Numbered from the stretch's first letter, positions 1 to 8,359 are shown. The stretch: DNA of 32,000 nucleotides from Xylanibacter ruminicola 23 (GCF_000025925.1 NC_014033.1:630001-662000), one strand, 5' to 3'. Translations and numbers: made by a program. The notes: a model not told the origin generated them from the sequence alone.

Positions 1-687
1 TTAGGTAATTTACTGTGTCCCCTTGAAAGATATGACAGTAATCTTGACTATGAGCTTTCGACACTTTTCGACGAGAACACAATTACGTACGAGCCGCTTT
101 CTCGCTTTGTATGTATGATGTATATCATAGAACATGCTGGTAAATGCCAAGCTGTGAGCCAGAATTTACTAGAATTGTTAAAGATGGTGGGAGTACGTTC
201 AAATCCTCTATACTTTGAACCTAAGGTAGAAGAATCTTCAGTTCACGAATCTTATCATTTGGACCAGATTCACAATATTCTTAAGAATAGTGATAAAGTT
301 AATTATTTATTAAAGCACATTGACACATCTACCGACTTATACGTGGCAATTAATAATTTTACATCGATGTTGGTTGATGAAAAAATCGCAGGCAATCTAA
401 CACATCAATTTATTAAATTCTTACGAAATGACATTTCCAACCATTGGATTGGGGAATACAATTCTGTGATGTCGAAGTATTCTTCTTATGAAGGGGACAT
501 GCTAGTACGTCTATCATATGCTATGTCAGTTTCTAAAATGGTGAGCTATGACAAGTTGCGGCAAGAAACCGTAAACAGAGTTGATACATCGATAAATCAC
601 ATTCAGGAAAAACGTAGTGAAATTGTTGATACTATTGAAGGATTTCAAGACAGATTTATACCCTATTGGATCACGACATTTTGGTGA
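1..687 (+). CDS. hypothetical protein, 5'-truncated by the window edge (first visible gene of the AT-rich operon)
   Basis: Frame +1 has no stop from nt 1 to TGA 685-687, so the listed ORF (ATG 115) probably continues upstream of the window. Its AT-rich composition matches the downstream genes. I recognise no motif. Confidence 0.55.
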   Translation, partial: LGNLLCPLERYDSNLDYELSTLFDENTITYEPLSRFVCMMYIIEHAGKCQAVSQNLLELLKMVGVRSNPLYFEPKVEESSVHESYHLDQIHNILKNSDKVNYLLKHIDTSTDLYVAINNFTSMLVDEKIAGNLTHQFIKFLRNDISNHWIGEYNSVMSKYSSYEGDMLVRLSYAMSVSKMVSYDKLRQETVNRVDTSINHIQEKRSEIVDTIEGFQDRFIPYWITTFW

Positions 688-730
688 ACCATTAGCTGGT
701 TATATTCAATTATTACAAAGAATAATATCA

Positions 731-1300
731 ATGTGTAAATTGATCAAGCAGGAATTGGAAGATGATTCAGCAAGCCTATCTACATATTTGATTTTGGAAA
801 CTCTCTCATGGAGAGTTGAAAACATGAAAACCTCTATTAATACATTGTGTGGACAATTAAAGGATATTGCTGAACGCATCTCGCGTAAAAGAACTGAAAT
901 TCGGACAAAATATCAAGTACCAATTGATGCGCTTCTCGAAAACCAATGGGTGTCTTTGTTGATAAATGACTGTGCCCCGATAGGTACTATTAAACCACCG
1001 TTTGATAACGATATTCTATGGAAAAAATATGCATGGAAGATTGGATCCTCAGACAAAATGAAATATATCATGTTTGAAATGAATCCCTCTCCCAAAGACA
1101 AGGAAGCATACTTTAAGTTTGAAGATATAGAATCCATTCGTAAAACAATAGAGTCTGTTTATACAGATTTGTGTAACTCGGCATATGTTCCAATACATAA
1201 TTTGTGCAAAGAGTCACTTAGTCGCGTACAGAATTACACAACTTTGCAAACCTATATAGAGAATCTCATAAATAATAAACAAGATGATACAGATAGATAA
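731..1300 (+). CDS. hypothetical protein (start uncertain; ORF is open from GTG 617)
   Basis: The track ORF 617..1300 starts at a GTG that overlaps the previous ORF by 71 nt. The first in-frame ATG is 731 (MCKLIKQ...). The stop at 1298-1300 overlaps the next gene's ATG (1284) by 17 nt. I recognise no motif. This could instead be the distal half of one frameshifted gene. Confidence 0.5.
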   Translation: MCKLIKQELEDDSASLSTYLILETLSWRVENMKTSINTLCGQLKDIAERISRKRTEIRTKYQVPIDALLENQWVSLLINDCAPIGTIKPPFDNDILWKKYAWKIGSSDKMKYIMFEMNPSPKDKEAYFKFEDIESIRKTIESVYTDLCNSAYVPIHNLCKESLSRVQNYTTLQTYIENLINNKQDDTDR

Positions 1301-2828
1301 ATACTCAAAAAAATACAAGATTGCTTTAGAACGACGGAAAAGTCCTCAGTTCGTCTCAATGCTTGACTCCGAGCTAAAAAGTTCGGAATGGGTAGCACAG
1401 CTGGCAGCTTGCCAATTGTCATTAGACAACATTACTAAGGCTGCGGATTTTGAGACAAAAGAAAATGCGATCAAAAGCTTGTTCAATCAGTTGTATGAGA
1501 AGATTACTGCTCCTGGTTTGGATGCATTTATTGGATGGATTGGTAGTTTGACCACATCAAAAAACGGAGAAAACATAAAAGCATTTAAGAAATTCTTAAA
1601 GGACAACTATGACAGCTATGCTGATGATATAGAAAAAATATTATCTGCGAAGGAAGTAGTATCCAAGATTGACGAAAAAAGCATCTTCGGTAAACTAATT
1701 TCTAATTTTGGAAACAAAATCAAGAAAATAGTTACTGAATTCATTGATAACAACACGTTTGAAAATGAAATAGATGGATTGCTAAAACAATTGAAGAATG
1801 AATATGAGGGTGTCTCGAGTATATCTGAACTTAACTATACTTCAGTAAAGGACCTGTATACTGCCGAACAAAAACAAGATAACACCATTGACTTTTATAG
1901 TGACATATTTGAACAGGCAAGAAAGAAGTTTCAATCTATGGATGTTCAAAAAGGTGAAGACAAAAACACCAATTATTTCACTATAATACGCAATCGTGTT
2001 ACTTCATTAACCAAATCAATATCATATTTGGTAAATAGCGGCGTGGCAAAGAATAATGATATGAACATCAAAGCATTATTCCTAAAATTCCAAAAAGAAA
2101 TGCCTATAGTTGAGGACGACTATCTTCAATCTCTTAAAGAATTTATAACAAAGGATTGGGAGAGCTTTCTAATAAAATATGAAACAATAAAGACCTTTTA
2201 TTCGTCTCCGATTTTAAATATCCCATCATCAAATTATGATGGTCTTAAAAGTGGTTCCAATATAAGCAATCTTATACTCAATTATACAAAGTTGTATAAT
2301 GAAGGATCTATAAGAATAGTTCCTTCTATATCAGCTTCTGACATGAAAAATCAGCTTGCCAAGAAGGCAAAGAGTATAAAAGACATGAACGATGAAGCTG
2401 CAAAAATCATGCAATCGGTAAATGAGGAATTTACTGACTTTATTGAAAAATATGAAAATCAGAAAGAAATGTTGGAGAAATCAACTGATAATGATGCCAG
2501 CCTTAAGGACAACTACGATTCCATATATGGTCAAGATGGAAGCTTGGACAATCTTAGGAACGGAATAACCGAATGCCTCTCTGATGGATGTAATTTTTTT
2601 AACACTTTAGCTAACCAAAGTATATTCCAAATGATCGAACTAATGAAAACAACAACAGAAAAGTTCGAGGAAACATTAAAACTTACCGGTTTGCAAGCTC
2701 CGATGGAATGGTTAGACTCTTTGCCAGATTTGATGAACTTAACAGAGTCTGATATAGACGAAAAGAAGATAAAATTGTTACTAAGCAAGGGCTTGATTAA
2801 GTTGGAAATTAAGAAAACTTATAACTGA
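1284..2828 (+). CDS. hypothetical 514-aa K/E/N-rich, probably alpha-helical protein
   Basis: Long uninterrupted ORF starting at ATG 1284. It overlaps the upstream gene, and its stop lies 1 nt before the next ATG (2830). There is no signal peptide and no catalytic motif I can recognise. Confidence 0.7.
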   Translation: MIQIDKYSKKYKIALERRKSPQFVSMLDSELKSSEWVAQLAACQLSLDNITKAADFETKENAIKSLFNQLYEKITAPGLDAFIGWIGSLTTSKNGENIKAFKKFLKDNYDSYADDIEKILSAKEVVSKIDEKSIFGKLISNFGNKIKKIVTEFIDNNTFENEIDGLLKQLKNEYEGVSSISELNYTSVKDLYTAEQKQDNTIDFYSDIFEQARKKFQSMDVQKGEDKNTNYFTIIRNRVTSLTKSISYLVNSGVAKNNDMNIKALFLKFQKEMPIVEDDYLQSLKEFITKDWESFLIKYETIKTFYSSPILNIPSSNYDGLKSGSNISNLILNYTKLYNEGSIRIVPSISASDMKNQLAKKAKSIKDMNDEAAKIMQSVNEEFTDFIEKYENQKEMLEKSTDNDASLKDNYDSIYGQDGSLDNLRNGITECLSDGCNFFNTLANQSIFQMIELMKTTTEKFEETLKLTGLQAPMEWLDSLPDLMNLTESDIDEKKIKLLLSKGLIKLEIKKTYN

Positions 2829-2829
2829 T

Positions 2830-4566
2830 ATGAAACAATTACATAAAGATATTATTGGTGCTCTAGATAGATTGAGAGTAAGCAGTCTTTACGTTCATAA
2901 CGCAGAATTACCTGGCGCTCATTTTTCGATACCAGAATTAAATGGAAGAAAGGTATATCTTGTAGAGACACTGGCTGTAATCAATGCCATAGTTGAACGT
3001 GGAACTATGATGTTGTACGGTGGACATGGTGGAGGCAAAACGACTCTTTCAAAGTATTTGGGGCAAATATTCATGCATTATTCAAAAGATAAAATTGAAG
3101 ACTGCATATTACGAGGACACCCGCAGTTAACAGAAGAAAAAATTCTTGGCAGCCTAGATTTTGCGCAAATGATGAATCCTGAATTAATCAAAGAGGGCAA
3201 AGTAAAGGTTATATGGAACGACTTTGTTGATTCCTCTTGGAAAATAATAGATGAAATTAATCGTCTTTCTCCATATGCTCAGAATATATTGTTGTCTCTT
3301 TTGGCAGAAGGTTCTGTAAAATATCATAATCAATCACGTACACTTGCTCCTTTTACTTTATTCGCAACTATGAATCCAAAGGACAACGCAAACTTTGAGC
3401 TGTCTTTGCCTTTTTTAGACCGATTCGCATTGGCTCTGCCCATTACAATGCCAGACTATGATAGTTTTAGTACAATTGGACGCAAGGACAAAATTGACAA
3501 CAACTTAAATGAATGGTTAAGGGACTTTTCTTTGCAGGATGTTCAAGAAGAAGTAAAGAATATTCACTATACAGATGAAGCAGAACTATTTGTTAACTTT
3601 TTAATAGATTCATATCGACTCTGCTGTCGCATATCAAAAGAAACTAACGAGTCTCTTTCTGTTGATAAGACGTTATGTAAAGGATGTCATATGGATGCCA
3701 AAGATAAAGTATGCTGTAAAATAAAGCATCCTTTAAGCGTACGCGTAAAAGAAGATCTTTATAGATACGGAAAAGCTATAGCGTGGTTCTTGGGAGATGA
3801 AAAAGTAGAAGTAAAACATATTGAGATACTGGCTCCTTATCTGATTTGGCATCGATCTGAATTAAGTAAAAAATTTTGCGATGAGCTGGTCCAAAACAAA
3901 TGTGAACACAGTTCTTTACGTACTGATAATGATGTTTTAGTTGACATACAGCTTGATGCCACAAAAGACATTATAAAGCTTATAAGAAAAGAATTTGACG
4001 GAGTCAAGAGCTTCTTGTTTGAATTTGAAGATGTAAAAAAGGGGAAATTGTCAGAAGAAGAATTCGACAAGTTAATTTCCGCATCAGAAAGTTCCCAGAA
4101 TAACTTTTTAATATTAACGTCGGAAATTGTTCCAATCCTTAAGGGGAAATACGCTCCCGTATATAATGAGATTTGTAAATACAATGATAAGATATCCATT
4201 ACAACTGACTTTAAAACGCTGAAATCTATCAAAGATGAATTGGCATATCGATATGATATTCCAAACAGAGCCTACATATTTGAGCAAATAGTTCAACGGT
4301 TAAGAGTATTACAATCTAACGAATATACATTTACTTTGACGGACGAATCAATTAAATCTGTGGATTCTATCCGTAATTTAGTTCTTAAAGTTCAGCCAAA
4401 TTTCCCCAAAAGGGTCACAATGTTTAAGAAAATTCCTTTGATGGATTTCAATAATGATGAATGTGAGCTTGCAATAAAATGTATATCCCAAGGTAAATGG
4501 GAATTCTATTTTAAAGGAGAAGAAACAAATATAATTTATAAGATCCTGTCTGACATAAATGGATAA
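2830..4566 (+). CDS. MoxR-family AAA+ ATPase with a Cys-rich insert and a long C-terminal extension (578 aa)
   Basis: Walker A is YGGHGGGKTT (nt ~3019-3045). Walker B is IIDEINR (DE at 3250-3255), followed by LSPYAQNILLSLLAEGSV, which resembles the MoxR 'DEINRA..Q.ALLEAM' signature. Sensor-1-like FATMNP and LPFLDRFAL are also present. The cluster CC-x16-CxxC-x8-CC lies at nt 3622-3717. Confidence 0.85.
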   Translation: MKQLHKDIIGALDRLRVSSLYVHNAELPGAHFSIPELNGRKVYLVETLAVINAIVERGTMMLYGGHGGGKTTLSKYLGQIFMHYSKDKIEDCILRGHPQLTEEKILGSLDFAQMMNPELIKEGKVKVIWNDFVDSSWKIIDEINRLSPYAQNILLSLLAEGSVKYHNQSRTLAPFTLFATMNPKDNANFELSLPFLDRFALALPITMPDYDSFSTIGRKDKIDNNLNEWLRDFSLQDVQEEVKNIHYTDEAELFVNFLIDSYRLCCRISKETNESLSVDKTLCKGCHMDAKDKVCCKIKHPLSVRVKEDLYRYGKAIAWFLGDEKVEVKHIEILAPYLIWHRSELSKKFCDELVQNKCEHSSLRTDNDVLVDIQLDATKDIIKLIRKEFDGVKSFLFEFEDVKKGKLSEEEFDKLISASESSQNNFLILTSEIVPILKGKYAPVYNEICKYNDKISITTDFKTLKSIKDELAYRYDIPNRAYIFEQIVQRLRVLQSNEYTFTLTDESIKSVDSIRNLVLKVQPNFPKRVTMFKKIPLMDFNNDECELAIKCISQGKWEFYFKGEETNIIYKILSDING

Positions 4567-6394
4567 TTCTGCCATTTACTTACAAAAAGCATTAGATGCT
4601 GTAGAGTGTGTATTTCAATGTGAATATAAAAATTCACTTGGTATACCTATGCCTGAAATTAAACTATTATTGGCTGACGATAAACATTATACGACAGGTG
4701 AGTATTATATCACAATTGGTAACACATGGCAAATACATCTGAATTTTGGGAAATTGCCTGTTAGTTTTGCTGAATTTCAAGAAGAGGTTAAGGTTCTTAC
4801 ACGTCATGAAATAGGTCATTACATGTGCTGCCCATTTGACACGATTACATACTTTCGTATGCTCAAATGCATTTTGTCAGTTTATGACAAAGAATTCAAG
4901 CATCTTGATTTGCAAAGAATTAATAGTATCTGTGGAGATATTGCAAATCAAGCAGCAGATATTATTGTTGATTCTAGAAATTTCTATTTCAACCCAAAAG
5001 AAACTGTAAAAAGCGAAATTAATTGGATACTAAAATGCGGAGGTATTGAAAATTCTCCTAGACATTCCAAACTCATGTTTCTAATGAAGGAGGCCATTTG
5101 GAAAACAAGTCTGAATATTTATGAAAGTGATACTGAGTTAAAAGATATTGTAAGTTCTCTAGCAAACACGTTTCTTGAAGATGGCATAGAAAACAAATCT
5201 TTATTTACACATAAAACGGAGGAATATGCCCGAGTATTCTTTCAATTGTTTATAAAAGATAAAAATAAGAATATAAAAGAATCCAACGATCAGCAGCAGA
5301 GTGGTCAGCAGCAGAGTGGTCAGCAGCAGAGTGGTCAGCAGCAGAGTGGTCAGCAGCAGAGTGGTCAGCAGCAGAGTGGTCAGCGGCAGAGTGGTCAGCA
5401 GCAGAATGGTCAGCGGCAGAGTGGTCAGCAGCAGAATGGTCAGCAGCAGAATGGTCAGCAGCAGAGCGAACAAGAAATCAATGGTTCAATGTCGGTTAAG
5501 CCAAAAGACGGTGACAAAGATGGAAATGCTTTAATCTTTTTAGACCCAGAAAAAGTAAAGGATGCATTGGAACAGCTAGCTTCTGAGACAACCATAAGTG
5601 AATTTGAAAGAATCTTGTCTGCTGCCGGTTTAAACCAATTGTCAGAAAAAGACAAAGAAAAATTATGGTTTTCAGTTCAAAGTGCAGGAATGATTCCCAT
5701 AGAAGAAGTCGGCAATGAAGGCGCAAAAGACAATTATACATATCCAACGAATTGGAGAATAGGAGATTCTATAGCAGATTTGGATATGATGTTAACATAT
5801 TCTACTGCACCAAAATTAATTCCTGGAATTACGACGAAAAAATGGGAACAATCTGTAAACGAGTATTTTGGAGTTGAACAAAGACAAAAGGATGCGTTGC
5901 TAGTTGTAGATACTTCTGGAAGTATGGGAGCTGTTTCCAGAGAAACAGACAATATGCATCAAGCTGTTCTCGCAGCTTTTGGTATCCTTAATTATTTTGA
6001 ATCACGCAAAGGTAAGATAGCCCTTGTAGAATTCTCTGATAATGTTAAAGAGTATATATCATGGACAAATGAGTATGAGAGAATACGCGATAAATTGCTT
6101 ACAAATGGAAGCGGCGGTACTCAATTTCCAATTCATAGTATTCGAGAAATTCTGGAACAATCAAAGAACGAATTGATTACAGTCATTATAACAGACGGAG
6201 AGTTAGGCAACATAAATGAGTCAGTAACTTTTTTTGAAGATTACCTAAATGATGAAAACAAATTATATGTTTTTCTATTGGGTAATAGTAAATCTTGTCG
6301 AGGATATGATAGGCTCGCAGAAATTGGAGCTAAGGTTTATCAAGCTGACAATGCGATAGATTTCTGCGACATGGTTATGGATGATCTAAATTAA
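4559..6394 (+). CDS. fusion protein: N-terminal HExxH metallopeptidase-like domain, Gln-rich repeat linker, C-terminal von Willebrand factor A (MIDAS) domain (DUF2201/COG3864-like)
   Basis: HEIGH at nt 4805-4819. The MIDAS motif DTSGS is at 5909-5923 (LLVVDTSGSMG), followed by GSGGTQ and VIITDGE. The ATG overlaps the MoxR stop (ATGGATAA), which implies translational coupling. Pairing of a MoxR ATPase with a vWA partner is a well established architecture. Confidence 0.8.
   Translation: MDNSAIYLQKALDAVECVFQCEYKNSLGIPMPEIKLLLADDKHYTTGEYYITIGNTWQIHLNFGKLPVSFAEFQEEVKVLTRHEIGHYMCCPFDTITYFRMLKCILSVYDKEFKHLDLQRINSICGDIANQAADIIVDSRNFYFNPKETVKSEINWILKCGGIENSPRHSKLMFLMKEAIWKTSLNIYESDTELKDIVSSLANTFLEDGIENKSLFTHKTEEYARVFFQLFIKDKNKNIKESNDQQQSGQQQSGQQQSGQQQSGQQQSGQQQSGQRQSGQQQNGQRQSGQQQNGQQQNGQQQSEQEINGSMSVKPKDGDKDGNALIFLDPEKVKDALEQLASETTISEFERILSAAGLNQLSEKDKEKLWFSVQSAGMIPIEEVGNEGAKDNYTYPTNWRIGDSIADLDMMLTYSTAPKLIPGITTKKWEQSVNEYFGVEQRQKDALLVVDTSGSMGAVSRETDNMHQAVLAAFGILNYFESRKGKIALVEFSDNVKEYISWTNEYERIRDKLLTNGSGGTQFPIHSIREILEQSKNELITVIITDGELGNINESVTFFEDYLNDENKLYVFLLGNSKSCRGYDRLAEIGAKVYQADNAIDFCDMVMDDLN
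5291..5470. repeat. in-frame 15-bp tandem repeat, ~12 copies (CAGCAGCAGAGTGGT and variants), encoding (QQSGQ)n
   Basis: Counted directly. There are six identical copies at 5291-5380, then variants CAGCGGCAGAGTGGT and CAGCAGCAGAATGGT, and a degenerate last unit at 5456-5470. Confidence 0.95.
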
Positions 6395-6397
6395 AAT

Positions 6398-6721
6398 ATG
6401 AGAAATTGTAATGCTATTTTTCTGACACTTGCACTCTCACTATTAATAATAGCATGTGAGAATAAGTCAAGGCAAACAGAACCGGTTGCCTGTGATAATC
6501 CGTCTGTTCTTGAGCAGCATACCCCTGATACAACATCCTCTATTCAAGACAAGTTGCCCAAAACTGAAACTTCTACAAGTATATCATTTTCCTCTTCGCA
6601 CTTTCATAAGTTAAGCAGTTACGATATTATGCGTGGCTTCGACCCTGCATCTGAGGACGACATGGGCGATAACGGCATAAGTCGGTATATGGAGAATAAT
6701 GATGATAAAGGTTGGGATTAA
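6398..6721 (+). CDS. small putative lipoprotein (107 aa)
   Basis: The N-terminus MRNCNAIFLTLALSLLIIAC-ENKS has a hydrophobic signal followed by a lipobox-like Cys. The ATG lies 3 nt after the vWA gene stop. The rest of the protein is S/T/D-rich and low complexity. Confidence 0.6.
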   Translation: MRNCNAIFLTLALSLLIIACENKSRQTEPVACDNPSVLEQHTPDTTSSIQDKLPKTETSTSISFSSSHFHKLSSYDIMRGFDPASEDDMGDNGISRYMENNDDKGWD

Positions 6722-6743
6722 TGATTATTTGGAAGAAATATTG

Positions 6744-6751
6744 TAACTTTG
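6744..6751 (+). promoter_or_regulatory. Bacteroidota -7 promoter motif TAACTTTG upstream of the AlbA_2 gene
   Basis: Matches the TAnnTTTG consensus, 16 nt upstream of ATG 6767. Confidence 0.45.
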
Positions 6752-6766
6752 CAAAAGATATAAAAT

Positions 6767-8359
6767 ATGGCACTGGCAATAAATATAGAAGATCTACTGA
6801 ACAAGCAGAAGATAGAGTCCAATAGGATTGAGTTCAAGAAAGGTTGGAATCCCGCAAGTATATACCATAGCGTGTGTGCTTTTGCCAATGATTTCGACGA
6901 TCTTGGTGGTGGATATATATTGGTTGGCGTAGATAGCGATGATGATACAGGGATGGCTATCCGTCCCGTCGTAGGTGTGCCGATAGAGAAAATTGACGGT
7001 ATTCTTCAGGATATGGTGAGCTATAACAACAAGATGTCACCGTATTATATGCCCAGGACAAGTGTTGAAGAGGTGGACGGAAAGCAGGTTCTGGTGATTT
7101 GGTGTCCTGCAGGCATCAACAGACCATACTCTGTACCTGAGAATGTGACTGCAAAGAATGGTAGCAAGGAGTATTTCTATATTCGTAGTGGTACGAGCAG
7201 CATCATTGCCAAGGGCGAGGTGCTAGACGAACTACGTGAATTGGCAAGTCGTGTACCGTTTGATGAAAGGGGGAATCCTGACATTAAAGTAGAGGATATA
7301 TCTACGTTGTTGCTTCGTGAGTATCTGGTTAAAGTAGGCAGTAAGCTGGCTAATGAGTTATACGAAAGACCACTGAGCGAGATTCTGGAGCAGATGGACT
7401 TGTATGTTGGTCCATCAGAAAACCGTATGCTGAGGAATGTTGCTGCAATGATGTTTTGCGAGAATCCAAGTAAGTTTTTCAAGCGGACACAGGTAGAAGT
7501 GGTTTTCTTCCCTGAAGGACGACTGGTAAATCCCAACAATCTCTATGAGGCTCCTGTCATCACAGGTTCCGTGACACAGATCATTGAGCGGACGTTGGAG
7601 TATCTGAATCGCATGGTGGTGATGCAATCCATCATTAAACCCAAGAATGACAACCACAGTATCAAGTTCTATACCTATCCTTACCAAGCATTGGAGGAAA
7701 GTATTACGAACTCGTTATATCATCGCGACTATCGGGAATGGGAGCCAGTGGTGATTACTGTCGAGCCGAAGGGTATTACCATTCAGAACGTTGGTGGGCC
7801 AGACCGCAGCATCCCAGTTGCTGACATCAATCGTGGAGAATTGCTTATCTCCAAACGTTATCGCAACCGTCGTTTGGGTGAATATCTGAAGGAATTGGAG
7901 TTGACCGAAGGACGAAGCACAGGTATTCCTACCATCCAGAATGTATTGAAGGCAAATGGCTCGCCTCGCGCTGTCGTCGTTACGGATGAAGAGCGCACCT
8001 TCTTCCGCATCACTATTCCCTGTCATGAAGCAGCGGGCAATGTTATTGCTGACATAGCGACAAGAGAGAAGATAAAGGATAGTTCACAGGAAATGGTCAA
8101 GAACATCCCTGATGTCCTGAAGGATGTCCTAAAAGATGTCCAGAAAGATGTCCTAAAAGAACTATCTGAAAGACAGATAGTTATACTTGAATTGATATGC
8201 ACATCACCAGAGGCAACTCTAATAGAAATGTCCAGAAAGCTTAAGGTGTCCGACAAGACTATTCAACGAGAGTTTACAGCTATTAGGAAACTTGGTATCA
8301 ATATTGAGCGCCAAAATGGACGCAAGGAAGGTAAATGGGTTATCAAAATTGGGAAATAG
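6767..8359 (+). CDS. AlbA_2 (Schlafen-like, 'divergent AAA') + HATPase_c_4 + C-terminal HTH protein; often annotated as ATP-binding protein or RecG-like putative DNA-binding protein
   Basis: The N-terminus ...ESNRIEFKKGW...CAFAND..GGYILVGV is typical of AlbA_2. NSLYHRDY and ...TEGRSTGIPTI are typical of the HATPase_c_4 region. The C-terminal LSERQIVILELI...TLIEMSRKLKVSDKTIQREF looks like a winged-helix/HTH. Confidence 0.8.
   Translation: MALAINIEDLLNKQKIESNRIEFKKGWNPASIYHSVCAFANDFDDLGGGYILVGVDSDDDTGMAIRPVVGVPIEKIDGILQDMVSYNNKMSPYYMPRTSVEEVDGKQVLVIWCPAGINRPYSVPENVTAKNGSKEYFYIRSGTSSIIAKGEVLDELRELASRVPFDERGNPDIKVEDISTLLLREYLVKVGSKLANELYERPLSEILEQMDLYVGPSENRMLRNVAAMMFCENPSKFFKRTQVEVVFFPEGRLVNPNNLYEAPVITGSVTQIIERTLEYLNRMVVMQSIIKPKNDNHSIKFYTYPYQALEESITNSLYHRDYREWEPVVITVEPKGITIQNVGGPDRSIPVADINRGELLISKRYRNRRLGEYLKELELTEGRSTGIPTIQNVLKANGSPRAVVVTDEERTFFRITIPCHEAAGNVIADIATREKIKDSSQEMVKNIPDVLKDVLKDVQKDVLKELSERQIVILELICTSPEATLIEMSRKLKVSDKTIQREFTAIRKLGINIERQNGRKEGKWVIKIGK
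8111..8158. repeat. 4 x 12-bp in-frame tandem repeat (GATGTCCTGAAG-like) encoding DVLK-DVLK-DVQK-DVLK
   Basis: Read directly. It lies between the HATPase_c_4 region and the HTH of the 6767-8359 gene. Confidence 0.9.

Noticed and set aside
5291-5470. Could the tandem repeat be a CRISPR array?
   Set aside because: The units are 15 bp and directly abutting, with no spacers. They are in frame within a CDS, and no cas genes are present.
5201-5747. Track ORFs 5201-5473(-), 5301-5534(+), 5455-5655(-) and 5496-5747(-), which give LLT/VVSSR repeat peptides
   Set aside because: They are alternative-frame or antisense readings of the 15-bp tandem repeat inside the long, motif-supported vWA gene. They are repeat-driven artefacts.
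1-6721. The Bacteroides aerotolerance (Bat) operon, or another housekeeping MoxR operon
   Set aside because: As I recall them, Bat loci have a short MoxR, a DUF58 protein, membrane-anchored vWA BatA/BatB and TPR proteins. None of those architectures is visible here. In addition, the composition is foreign to the core. This is not fully excluded without searches.
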